Below, in pieces: positions 17,925-27,585 of a stretch of 64,000 nt of DNA. The position numbers were made by a program, and so were the translations under genes. How positions within the stretch are numbered: the first letter of the stretch is position 1; each line of letters opens with the position of its first letter. The stretch lies in the IMG/VR virus record IMGVR_UViG_3300017917_003143, positions 279,633 to 343,632 of that record. One strand, 5' to 3'. The notes under the pieces were generated by a model. It saw only the letters and a list, made by a program, of their open reading frames with translations. It was not told where the DNA came from and ran no database searches.

Positions 17925-20900
17925 ATGCCAATTACACGGATTAAAAATAACCAAGTTACTGATGCGTCAGCCGGTAACATTTACCTGGGTATCAATGCCG
18001 CAGTTAAACTGCAGGACTACTCAATCACAGCTGGTAAGATTGCCAACAGCTTGGTCTACGGATCAGACCTTACAGTTACAGGTAACTTAACAGTCAATGG
18101 TCAAACAACTACTATCGATACGGTCAGTGTTGTCATTGAAGATCCTATACTGTATTTGGCCGCAAATCAAACAGGCTCTCCAAGTTTAGACATTGGTTAC
18201 ATTGGTGAGCGTGGTACCAGCCAAAATATTGCTTTTGTTTGGGACGAATCCGCAGGTGAGTTTGTCACAGTTTATACCAACGACACCACGACCAACAGCA
18301 CTGTAACCATTGCCAGCTACGCCAACTTCCATACCAACGATGCCAACATTGGTGGTAACATCGTAATCAACGGCACATCGAGTTTTGTTGGAAACATAAC
18401 AGGCAACTTGGCAGTAACAGGTAACTTCCGTGCTGGTAATATCGCTACCGCAGGACAAATTTCTGCCACTGGTAATATTTCTGGTGGTAATTTAATTTCC
18501 AACGCCGCTATATCTGCGGCAACAACTTTAAGTGTAACTGGCAACGCCAACGTTGGCAATCTTGGCACAAACATCATTATAGCTACAGGTAATATCACCA
18601 GCTCTGCAAATGTACAAGCTGGTAACTTGATCGCCAATGGTGCTGTGATTGGCAACGTAACAGTCACAGGCAACTTGAGTCTGGGTAATCTCAGCGTTAC
18701 TGGAGTAATCAATACCACAGGCAACATCACTGGTGGAAACTTGGTTTCCAATGCCATGGTATCAGCCGCTACCACAGTCAATGCTACTGGTAATATCACT
18801 GGTGGTAACTTAGTATCTAATGCTTCTATCTCAGCTGCCACTACAGTCAACGCCACTGGCAACATCACTGGCGGTAATTTAATATCCAATGCCGCTGTTG
18901 TGGCTTCAGGATTGATTTCGTCGGGTACAACTATCAGTGCTACTGGTAACATTACCGGCGGTAATATTATTTCTAACTCTTTGATACAAGGTGGAAATCT
19001 AAGTATCACAGGAGAGGCGCTGATTGCTGGAAACTTGACAGTCCAAGGCAACTTGACATACATCAACATTGATGATTTGCGTGTTGAAGATCCAATCATC
19101 CAGTTGGGCGGCGGTGCCAACGGTAATGCTCTAACAACCAACGACGGTAAAGACCGCGGTGTGTTGATGACCTACTACACATCGGCGCAAGGCAATGCGT
19201 TCATGGGTTGGGATAACTCAACTGGTAACATGATCATTGCTCCAAACGTATCGTTGTCTGGTGAAATAGTCACGGTCAACGGTTGGGGTAACTTCCAATC
19301 AGGTAACGTTTTTGCCACAGGCAATATCACTGCCACAGGCAACATAGCTGGTAACTTTGTAGCACCTGGATCTAACACCCAGGTCATGTACAACAATAAC
19401 GGTCTCATTGCTGGTGATTCGGGCATGACCTATAACGCAACCACAGATGCACTTACTGTGGTTGGAAACATCACTGGTGGTAACTTAGGTACCGCAGGTC
19501 AAGTCACTGCCACAGGTAATATCACTGGCGGTAATATTATCACAGCTGGTAACGTCAACGGTAACGGTGCTTACTTCACCGGTAACATTACCACACTGGG
19601 TAACATCAATGCCACAGCCAACGTTATAGCTACAAACTCTGGTGTGTTTTACGGTAACTCAGTCACAGGTAATGCCGCACTGTTTGCAGGTGTACCTGGA
19701 TTTACCACCTTGGGTTCAAACGTTGTTGTACAGTTTGCTGGTAACGTCAACAACTACAGCCAGATCAACTTTGAGAATACTAACTCAGGCAACCGTGCAT
19801 CTACAGATTACATCCTAACCAATGATCAAGGTACAGACAGCACATACTTTGCTGACTGGGGTATTGCATCAAGCAATCATGACGATCCTACTTTCTTTGG
19901 TGATTCAGGAACTAAAAACGATGCTTACTTGTATGTAGTTGGTAACTCATCCACTGGTTCAGGCAGCCAAAACGTTGGTAACTTGATCTTAGGTTCAACC
20001 AATGGCAACGTTAAGACTTTCGTAGGCAACACAGCACAAGCCAATGTAATAACTACAGCGGCCACAACTGGTTTCTACATTGAAAAAGGCAACTTATACA
20101 CTGCTAATATCACTACCACAGGTAGCCGCATCACAGTCAACAACGGTACAGCTGATATTGACTTTGCTGTCAATGGTACATCAGCTAATATATTCTACAT
20201 TGATGCAGGCACTGGCACAGCCAGCTTTGGTACTTCAACACAGACTACCAATGCTATAGTAGCATTTAACGCTACAAACTCTATCCTGGCTCCTGTTGGT
20301 AATACAGCACAGCGTCCTGGTACAGGTGTTGCTGGTATGGTACGTTTTAACACCACAACATCTAGCTTGGAGTTCTATGATGGCACACAGTGGGTATCCA
20401 CAGGTACTATCTTTACAGTGGTCCAAAGCCAAACATTCAATGGCGATGGTACAACTGTAAACTTTACAATCAACTCTGGCTACACCACAGTCAGCTGTTT
20501 GGTTTCTATCAACGGTATTTTGCAAGTTCCAGTGACAGCCTATGCTGTGTCGGGTACAACACTGACATTTACAGAAGCTCCTGCTGTGGGCGACTTGATC
20601 GAAGTGCGTGAGATTGTTACAACTGTTGCAGTTAAAGGTATCACCAACGCCAACGGTAGTGCTGTAGTTGAAGTATCTGATACTACCAACTATATCCAAA
20701 CCACTGGTAACATCATACCTTCAGGCAACGTATTGTACAACCTAGGATCTGCTACAAACAGATTCAAAGACATATACCTAGCTGGTAACTCTATCACACT
20801 CGGTAACATTGTTCTCAAGAATACATCAGGCAATACTCTGTCATTCTTTGGGCCAGACGGTACCACTCCTGGTACACTGAGTTCTAACAACGTTGACACC

Positions 20901-21488
20901 ACAAGTATTGCTAACGGAACATCAAACGTACAAACATTGACATCGGGTGCTGTTACAATCAGTGCAGGTGGTAATGCTAACGTAGTTGTAGTGGCCAATG
21001 GTTCAGCCACACTCAAAGGCGACCTACTCAATGGTCAAGCCAACGGTGTGGGCAACATTGGTAACTCAACAACATACTTTAATACAGCGTTTATCAAAGC
21101 AACATCTGCACAATACGCTGACTTGGCAGAAAACTATGAGGCAGATGCCACATATGAGCCAGGCACTGTACTTTGCTTTGGTGGAGACAAGGAAGTTATG
21201 ATCTGTAATCAAGCAGATTGTACCAGTGTAGCAGGTGTAGTATCTACTAATCCTAGTTATCTAATGAACTCAGGACAAACTGGCGCACATGTGGCCGCTG
21301 TAGCATTGCAAGGTCGTGTACCAACCAAAGTCACAGGACGCATACGCAAAGGTGATTTGATGGTCAGTGCAGGCGATGGCCGCGCACGAGCCAACAACGA
21401 AGCCCGTGCAGGTACTATCATTGGTAAAGCCCTGGCAGACTTCGATGGTCAAGACGGAGTGATTGAGGTCGTTGTAGGACGAGTTTAA
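17925..21488 (+). CDS. Long repetitive fibre protein with C-terminal chaperone-like domain
   Basis: 1187 aa; same repeats and modules as 13252; ends YADLAENY...GVVSTNPSYLMN...VALQGRVP. Confidence 0.85.
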   Translation: MPITRIKNNQVTDASAGNIYLGINAAVKLQDYSITAGKIANSLVYGSDLTVTGNLTVNGQTTTIDTVSVVIEDPILYLAANQTGSPSLDIGYIGERGTSQNIAFVWDESAGEFVTVYTNDTTTNSTVTIASYANFHTNDANIGGNIVINGTSSFVGNITGNLAVTGNFRAGNIATAGQISATGNISGGNLISNAAISAATTLSVTGNANVGNLGTNIIIATGNITSSANVQAGNLIANGAVIGNVTVTGNLSLGNLSVTGVINTTGNITGGNLVSNAMVSAATTVNATGNITGGNLVSNASISAATTVNATGNITGGNLISNAAVVASGLISSGTTISATGNITGGNIISNSLIQGGNLSITGEALIAGNLTVQGNLTYINIDDLRVEDPIIQLGGGANGNALTTNDGKDRGVLMTYYTSAQGNAFMGWDNSTGNMIIAPNVSLSGEIVTVNGWGNFQSGNVFATGNITATGNIAGNFVAPGSNTQVMYNNNGLIAGDSGMTYNATTDALTVVGNITGGNLGTAGQVTATGNITGGNIITAGNVNGNGAYFTGNITTLGNINATANVIATNSGVFYGNSVTGNAALFAGVPGFTTLGSNVVVQFAGNVNNYSQINFENTNSGNRASTDYILTNDQGTDSTYFADWGIASSNHDDPTFFGDSGTKNDAYLYVVGNSSTGSGSQNVGNLILGSTNGNVKTFVGNTAQANVITTAATTGFYIEKGNLYTANITTTGSRITVNNGTADIDFAVNGTSANIFYIDAGTGTASFGTSTQTTNAIVAFNATNSILAPVGNTAQRPGTGVAGMVRFNTTTSSLEFYDGTQWVSTGTIFTVVQSQTFNGDGTTVNFTINSGYTTVSCLVSINGILQVPVTAYAVSGTTLTFTEAPAVGDLIEVREIVTTVAVKGITNANGSAVVEVSDTTNYIQTTGNIIPSGNVLYNLGSATNRFKDIYLAGNSITLGNIVLKNTSGNTLSFFGPDGTTPGTLSSNNVDTTSIANGTSNVQTLTSGAVTISAGGNANVVVVANGSATLKGDLLNGQANGVGNIGNSTTYFNTAFIKATSAQYADLAENYEADATYEPGTVLCFGGDKEVMICNQADCTSVAGVVSTNPSYLMNSGQTGAHVAAVALQGRVPTKVTGRIRKGDLMVSAGDGRARANNEARAGTIIGKALADFDGQDGVIEVVVGRV

Positions 21489-21506
21489 TCGGTGCTTCTG
21501 TACCAC

Positions 21507-21537
21507 AAAATAGGGCTACTCGTGGCCCTATTTTTTT
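21507..21537 (+). terminator. Rho-independent terminator
   Basis: AAAATAGGGC-TACTCGTG-GCCCTATTTTTTT. Confidence 0.88.
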
Positions 21538-21567
21538 CCATAAATATTGGGTAGACTAAGGTAAAAA

Positions 21568-24500
21568 ATGGGATTAACTAGACCTCGTGCCGCGCAGATA
21601 TATGACATCGACTATAAACAGGCGGTGCGTGTCATAACCACTACTAATATCACGCTGTCGGGTGGTGCGCCTACAGTGGTCGATGGTGTGACATTAAGTT
21701 TAAACGATCGTATTCTTGTCACAGGACAATCAACAGCTAGTCAAAACGGTATCTATCGCGTTAGCGTGGTTGGCACTGGTGCCAATGGTACTTGGGTAAG
21801 AACCACTGATACCAACGAAACTGGAGAGCTGTTGTCGGGTACCATTGTCATGGTCACCGAAGGTTCTACCTATGCTGACACATCTTGGAAACTTACAACC
21901 AATGATCCAATAACTATTGGAACCACAGCACTGACATTTGAGATTAACACTGGCAACGCATTTGGTGTTATCTCTGCCAATGGAACATCTGTTGTAGCAA
22001 ACTCTGCCACAGGTACAGTTACCTTTAGCACAGCCAATAACTTAATCATAACAGGTAATGCTACTTCAGACACAGTGACCTTTGAAGTCAGCCAAAGTCC
22101 TAACTTTACTGGTACAGTAAACATCAGCGGTGTTGTGGGTAGTAACCTTATACCCAGCGCCAACATCACATACAATCTTGGTAACACAACCAACCGTTGG
22201 AAAGACATTTGGCTATCTAACAGCACTATCTATCTTGGTAACGCCCAGATATCTGCCAACGCTACATCACTGATATTGACCAATCCACAAGGTGCGCAAA
22301 CGGTGCTGTCTGGAACCACTCCGGATATATCAGCATCAACTGTTACAGCCACAGGTAATATCACAGGTGGTAATCTTACAACCTCAGGAAGACTATCAGT
22401 TACAGGCAATGCCAATGTAGGTAACTTAGGCACCACCAATGCTGTATTGGCAGGTACGTTGACTGGAGTTACAACTATTTCTGCTTCGGGCAATGCCAAT
22501 GTAGGAAACATAGGTGCTACCAATGCTGTATTGGCAGGAACATTAACAGGTGTTACAACCATATCAGCATCAGGCAATGCCAACGTGGGTAACTTAGGTG
22601 CTACCAATGCTAACCTAAGCGCAATCACTGTGTCGGGCAATGCCAATGTGGGTAACATTGGTGCAACCAATGCCAACGTCACTGCTATCACAGCTACTGG
22701 CAATGCCAACGTGGGTAACTTGGGCTTTGGTACAGGACAGATCACAGGTACTGGTAACATCACTGGCGGTAACTTAAACATTACTGGTAACATAGTTGAT
22801 ACCGGTGCATTATTTTTAATCACTGGATCCAGCGGCAATGTTACTTTAGCCCCTAATGGATCTAATGTAGTTGTAGCAACAACTACTGGTGCCAACATCA
22901 CAGGCACACTCAATGCCACTGGCAATGCCAACGTTGGTAATCTTGGTGCTACCAATGCGGTACTAGCTGGATCGCTGACAGGCGTAACAACAATATCTGC
23001 TTCAGGCAATGCCAACGTAGGTAACTTAGGTGCTACCAACGCTAACTTAACAGCTATCACAGCCACTGGCAACGCCAACGTGGGCAATCTTGGCACAGCT
23101 GGATTGATCGTTGCCACAGGTAACGTCACAGGTGGCAATCTTGTAACAGCAGGTCAAGTAACAGCGTCTGGTAATATCACAGGCAACTACTTGTTGGCCA
23201 ATATTACCTTTGCCAGCGGCTACAATACTACCAAATTATTCAACGGAACCTCAGAAGCCAACATTGGTACATCGGGCGGCAATGCCAACATTACCATTGG
23301 CGGAGTTTCCAATGTCGCTGTGTTTAGTACAGCAGGTGCCAATATCACAGGCACATTGGGTGTCACGGGCAATATCACAGGCGGCAACCTATCAGGTACA
23401 TTGGTCACTGGTACATTAACCACAGCCGCTCAACCCAACATTACATCTGTTGGTACACTGACTAGTGTGTCGGTAACAGGCAACGTGTCAGGTGGCAATC
23501 TGGTCACAACAGGTACAGTGTCAACAGGTACACTGACTACAACAGGAAACGCCACTGTCGCTGGCAACCTTACGGTCAGCGGTAATGTTATATCGGTCAA
23601 CGTCACAAATTTAAACGTAGTCGACCCAATCATTGGAGTTGGCCGAGGAGCCAATGACTCACCACTCACTACCAATGATGGTAAAGATCGAGGTGAACAA
23701 CTTTGGTATTATACCACTTCTGAACAGTCGGCATTTATTGGTTATAAAAACTCTACTGGCAAACTCATAGCCGCAACCAATGTTTCTATTTCCAACGAAG
23801 TAGTCACTGTAAACAGCTATGGTAACCTGGTTGTTGGTGGACTTGAATCCACAACTATATCTTCAAGTGGTAATGCCAACGTCGGTAACTTAGGCACAGC
23901 AGGACAAATTACTGCCACTGGCAATATCACTGGCGGTAACTTAACAACAGCTGGCAACATCACAGGCAACTACTTGTTGGCCAATATTACTTTTGCCAGT
24001 GGATACAATACAACTAGACTATTTAATGGTACGTCAGAAGCCAACATTGGTACATCAGGTGGTAACTTATCTGTAACTATTGGCGGAACAAGCAACGTCA
24101 TGGTTGTTTCTTCGTCTGGTGCCGCTATCACAGGAACGCTAACATCAAGCGGTAACGCCAACGTTGGTAACTTAGGTACTGTAGGGTTGATTGTTGCCAC
24201 AGGTAATGTTACAGGCGGTAATATTGTAACAACAGGTTTGGTCAGCACTGCTACATTGTCTGCCACTGGTAATGCTAATGTAGGCAACTTGGGTGCCACC
24301 AATGCCAACTTAACAGCTATTACTGCCACTGGTAATGCCAATGTGGGCAACTTGGGTACCGCTGGACAAGTCACTGCTACAGGCAATGTCACAGGTGGTA
24401 ACTTGATTACCACAGGCTTGGTATCTATTGGAACTACCCTAAGTGTCACAGGCAATGCCAACGTTGGTAACCTAGGATTTGGCACAGGTCAAATCACAGG

Positions 24501-25248
24501 TACTGGTAACATCACTGGTGGTAACTTAAATCTTACAGGTGGTATATTTGACAGCACTGGTGCGCTGAACTTAACAACCACTACAGCTTCTAATATTGCT
24601 CTAGCAGTGAACAGTAGTAATATCATTGTTGCCACTGCCACTGGTGCCAACGTTACAGGTACACTCAATGCCACAGGTAATGCCAATGTGGGTAACTTAG
24701 GCACATCAGGATTGATTGTTGCTACAGGAAACATTACATCATCTGGCAATGTATCTGGCGGAAACATTTTAGGCAATGGTTATAACCTGACAGGAATCAA
24801 TACGTTTAGTACCATCGCGGTCACAGGTGCTAATACGATCACTGCTGATTCTATTGCGGACACATTGACTTTGGTAGCTGGTGCAGGTATTACCATTGTA
24901 ACCAACGATAGCACAGATACCATCACTATTGCCGCATCTACTTCGGGCAGTGAAATCTTTGTCGATGGTGCCGATTTTGGCACAGTGACAGAAGCAGTGA
25001 CGCTGAGTCAAGACTTAGGATTGATAACCCAGGCTGTTGATGCACAGAGCGACCTTGGCGAGATTGTTACATCGGGTGTTTTCTACCCAACTCAGTTGGT
25101 GCTACCAAGCTACACAGTCGCAACACTGCCCAGTGCTACGATTCCAGCACAGTTTATCTACGTTAGCAACGCTACAGGCGGTGCTATCACAGCTTTTAGT
25201 GACGGAACTAACTGGCGCCGCACCAGCGATAGAAGCATCATTAACTAA
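21568..25248 (+). CDS. Long repetitive fibre protein
   Basis: 1226 aa; N-terminal VRVITTTNITLSG...DGV.L..NDRILV.GQ....QNGIY docking-type motif; 17/21/28-aa GNANVGNLG repeats. Confidence 0.85.
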   Translation: MGLTRPRAAQIYDIDYKQAVRVITTTNITLSGGAPTVVDGVTLSLNDRILVTGQSTASQNGIYRVSVVGTGANGTWVRTTDTNETGELLSGTIVMVTEGSTYADTSWKLTTNDPITIGTTALTFEINTGNAFGVISANGTSVVANSATGTVTFSTANNLIITGNATSDTVTFEVSQSPNFTGTVNISGVVGSNLIPSANITYNLGNTTNRWKDIWLSNSTIYLGNAQISANATSLILTNPQGAQTVLSGTTPDISASTVTATGNITGGNLTTSGRLSVTGNANVGNLGTTNAVLAGTLTGVTTISASGNANVGNIGATNAVLAGTLTGVTTISASGNANVGNLGATNANLSAITVSGNANVGNIGATNANVTAITATGNANVGNLGFGTGQITGTGNITGGNLNITGNIVDTGALFLITGSSGNVTLAPNGSNVVVATTTGANITGTLNATGNANVGNLGATNAVLAGSLTGVTTISASGNANVGNLGATNANLTAITATGNANVGNLGTAGLIVATGNVTGGNLVTAGQVTASGNITGNYLLANITFASGYNTTKLFNGTSEANIGTSGGNANITIGGVSNVAVFSTAGANITGTLGVTGNITGGNLSGTLVTGTLTTAAQPNITSVGTLTSVSVTGNVSGGNLVTTGTVSTGTLTTTGNATVAGNLTVSGNVISVNVTNLNVVDPIIGVGRGANDSPLTTNDGKDRGEQLWYYTTSEQSAFIGYKNSTGKLIAATNVSISNEVVTVNSYGNLVVGGLESTTISSSGNANVGNLGTAGQITATGNITGGNLTTAGNITGNYLLANITFASGYNTTRLFNGTSEANIGTSGGNLSVTIGGTSNVMVVSSSGAAITGTLTSSGNANVGNLGTVGLIVATGNVTGGNIVTTGLVSTATLSATGNANVGNLGATNANLTAITATGNANVGNLGTAGQVTATGNVTGGNLITTGLVSIGTTLSVTGNANVGNLGFGTGQITGTGNITGGNLNLTGGIFDSTGALNLTTTTASNIALAVNSSNIIVATATGANVTGTLNATGNANVGNLGTSGLIVATGNITSSGNVSGGNILGNGYNLTGINTFSTIAVTGANTITADSIADTLTLVAGAGITIVTNDSTDTITIAASTSGSEIFVDGADFGTVTEAVTLSQDLGLITQAVDAQSDLGEIVTSGVFYPTQLVLPSYTVATLPSATIPAQFIYVSNATGGAITAFSDGTNWRRTSDRSIIN
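22400..24770 (+). repeat. Coding repeats GNANVGNLG / GNITGGNL, plus an internal block duplication (23170-23280 vs 23953-24063)
   Basis: Direct inspection of protein and DNA. Confidence 0.85.
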
Positions 25249-25271
25249 TAAATATGATACAGGAATAACAC

Positions 25272-26489
25272 ATGTCAACCCAGATACAATACCGCAGAGG
25301 ATCCAGCTCACAAACAGCCAGCTTTACAGGTGCGTTGGGCGAAATTACCGTTGATACCACTAATAAAGTAGTGGTAGTTCATGACGGAGCCACACTGGGT
25401 GGATTTAGCGGAGTTGGTACTACTGCTACTCAAACGCTGACAAACAAAACACTACAAAGTGCTGTTTTAACAGGCACACTCACAGCCAACGGTGGTACAG
25501 GATCTAGTGGACAATTTTTATCTAGTACAGGCACAGGCGTAGCCTGGGCTACAGTTGACGCTACCAGCATAGCCAACGGTACTTCTGCAATAACTGTCAT
25601 TGCGTCAGGCGGTAATATTCGTGCTAACGTAGGCGGCGCAACCAATACTACATTTACTGCTACTGAAGCCAACGTCAGTGCCAACCTTACTTGTACCGCC
25701 CAGACTGGTCTTGGAACAGCACCTACCACAGCCGCTGTGACCATTGGTGGTAATGAAACAGCTACCAGTTGGACTACCAATGGTATTGGTTTAAGAATCA
25801 ATGCGGCAACTTACACGGATTCAGGCACACCGGCTGCCGGCACAGCCGCATCAAATCATATACATGCTATTGCTCAAGGTACTTTGGCTGCTACCAACGG
25901 CACTGTTACTACTACCAACGCCGCAACATTATACATCGCTGGTGCACCAGTAGCCGGTAGTAATATGACTATTACTAATCCGTATGCCATGCAGATTGCC
26001 GCAGGTAACTTTATAACAGCTGGTAACATTTTAGCGGCATCTAACAATACCAGCAACATCGGTACATCATCTACCAAGTTTGGTAACATTTTTGGTGTCA
26101 CAGTCAATGCCACTTACGCTGACTTGGCCGAACATTACACCACTGATGCTGAATATGAACCAGGTACTGTATTGATATTTGGTGGAGACAAAGAAGTTAC
26201 ACAAAGCACAACGAGCCACGATCCAGCAGTGGCAGGAGTAGTTTCAACCAATCCAGCTTATGTCATGAACATTGATCTGCAAGGTGGTGTAGCAGTAGCA
26301 TTGACCGGACGAGTTCCATGCCGTGTGGTAGGAAAGATAAAGAAAGGTGATTTGTTGGTTACCAGCGCCATTCCTGGTACTGCAACCAAGATGGATACCT
26401 TTGTTCCAGGTAGTGTCATTGGCAAAGCATTGGAAAACTATGACAGTGAAACGCCAGGTAAAATTGAAGTGGTGGTGGGAAGATTATGA
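25272..26489 (+). CDS. Short fibre/receptor-binding protein (Mtd-N-like N-terminus, chaperone-like C-terminus)
   Basis: QIQYRRG...FTGALGEITVDT...VVHDG.T.GG N-terminus; YADLAEHY...GVVSTNPAYVMN...VALTGRVP C-terminus. Confidence 0.8.
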   Translation: MSTQIQYRRGSSSQTASFTGALGEITVDTTNKVVVVHDGATLGGFSGVGTTATQTLTNKTLQSAVLTGTLTANGGTGSSGQFLSSTGTGVAWATVDATSIANGTSAITVIASGGNIRANVGGATNTTFTATEANVSANLTCTAQTGLGTAPTTAAVTIGGNETATSWTTNGIGLRINAATYTDSGTPAAGTAASNHIHAIAQGTLAATNGTVTTTNAATLYIAGAPVAGSNMTITNPYAMQIAAGNFITAGNILAASNNTSNIGTSSTKFGNIFGVTVNATYADLAEHYTTDAEYEPGTVLIFGGDKEVTQSTTSHDPAVAGVVSTNPAYVMNIDLQGGVAVALTGRVPCRVVGKIKKGDLLVTSAIPGTATKMDTFVPGSVIGKALENYDSETPGKIEVVVGRL

Positions 26490-27160
26490 TCAATAAAGAA
26501 CGTTACAGAGCAGACTACAGCGGTGAATTTGTGATTACAAAGATCATCTATAGAGATGGACAAAAAATCACAGAAAAAGAATACATTGAAAATCCCATCA
26601 TCAACCAACATATTTCGGGCAGAGCTGTTGTGATTGGAAACGGGCATAGTCTACGCAATGATGTAGTGACTGCCATAGCCAATCACGGTGGCGGATTGTT
26701 AGGACAGAAAAAACTACAAACCTATGGATGCGAAGGTCTTTGGAAGAAGATGCATTTGGATTTCTGTGTTGAATACGACATTCCAACTCTCAATGAAATA
26801 GTGAGTTCAGGATATGCAGAACGCTCAGTAGTCTATACGCTTACCACAAACTGTTTAAAAATGCCTGGAGAGTTCTATCTTATTCCTTACTGTGTTAGAT
26901 TGGCGCCACCAGCGGCAGCCGCGTATCTTGCCGCATTTGACGGACACCAAGAAATTTTCTTGTTAGGCGTAGATGGAACTACGACCGAACACCACATCGA
27001 TCACAAGCATATAATTGACATCAAACAAGTGCTTGCGGCCTATCCAAACACCAAGTTTTATTTTGTTACAGATGGTGCTGATCCACACAACGAGTGGAGA
27101 GCATTTAGAAATGCAGAAGTTATGGACTATAGACAGTTTATACTTCACTGTGATGTCTGA
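26486..27160 (+). CDS. CstII/Maf-like transferase, paralog of 11267
   Basis: AVVIGNGHSLR...TYGC...AAAYLAAFDGHQEIFLLGVDG; ATGA-coupled to the last fibre gene. Confidence 0.55.
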   Translation: MINKERYRADYSGEFVITKIIYRDGQKITEKEYIENPIINQHISGRAVVIGNGHSLRNDVVTAIANHGGGLLGQKKLQTYGCEGLWKKMHLDFCVEYDIPTLNEIVSSGYAERSVVYTLTTNCLKMPGEFYLIPYCVRLAPPAAAAYLAAFDGHQEIFLLGVDGTTTEHHIDHKHIIDIKQVLAAYPNTKFYFVTDGADPHNEWRAFRNAEVMDYRQFILHCDV

Positions 27161-27585
27161 TACTGTTGTTGAACAGTCGACATCTTTTGTTTGACTTCTT
27201 CAAAGTTTACAGTAGACCATAAGCCAGGATGCAGTGGTCTTGGCCATGTGTTGGAATCAATCCATGCCCAGCCTTGATGTTCATCATTGAGTGTAGGAGT
27301 AAACTCTCCAGCTACACTACAAAAGAACGTATGATAAGAAAAATTTCCGTCAGGGCTGGTAAATTTTTCAATTGGTACCAACTTGATTTCGTTGGGCCAA
27401 AATCCTAATTCTTCAACACACTCTCTTTTGATCGTTTCTAACAATGTTTCATTGGATCTAGCCTTGCCGCCAGGAAGGCCCCAGGTACCGGGATTTCTGT
27501 CGTCATTGCGTAGTAGATAGAGATATCTATCAGTGGATATGCTATAAAACCAAACTCCGACTGCGTTCAAAGGACCAAACTCCAT
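27145..27585 (-). CDS. NUDIX hydrolase
   Basis: WGLPGGKARSNETLLETIKRECVEELG Nudix box. Confidence 0.9.
   Translation of the reverse strand: MEFGPLNAVGVWFYSISTDRYLYLLRNDDRNPGTWGLPGGKARSNETLLETIKRECVEELGFWPNEIKLVPIEKFTSPDGNFSYHTFFCSVAGEFTPTLNDEHQGWAWIDSNTWPRPLHPGLWSTVNFEEVKQKMSTVQQQYQTSQ

Noticed and set aside
13563-24983. Many long minus-strand ORFs of the LPPVMLPVA type
   Set aside because: They are antisense shadows of the GGNITGGN fibre repeats and have no independent coding signals.
25272-26489. Diversity-generating retroelement suggested by the Mtd-like N-terminus
   Set aside because: No reverse transcriptase, no template/variable repeat pair with adenine-specific mismatches, and the C-terminus is chaperone-like rather than lectin-like.
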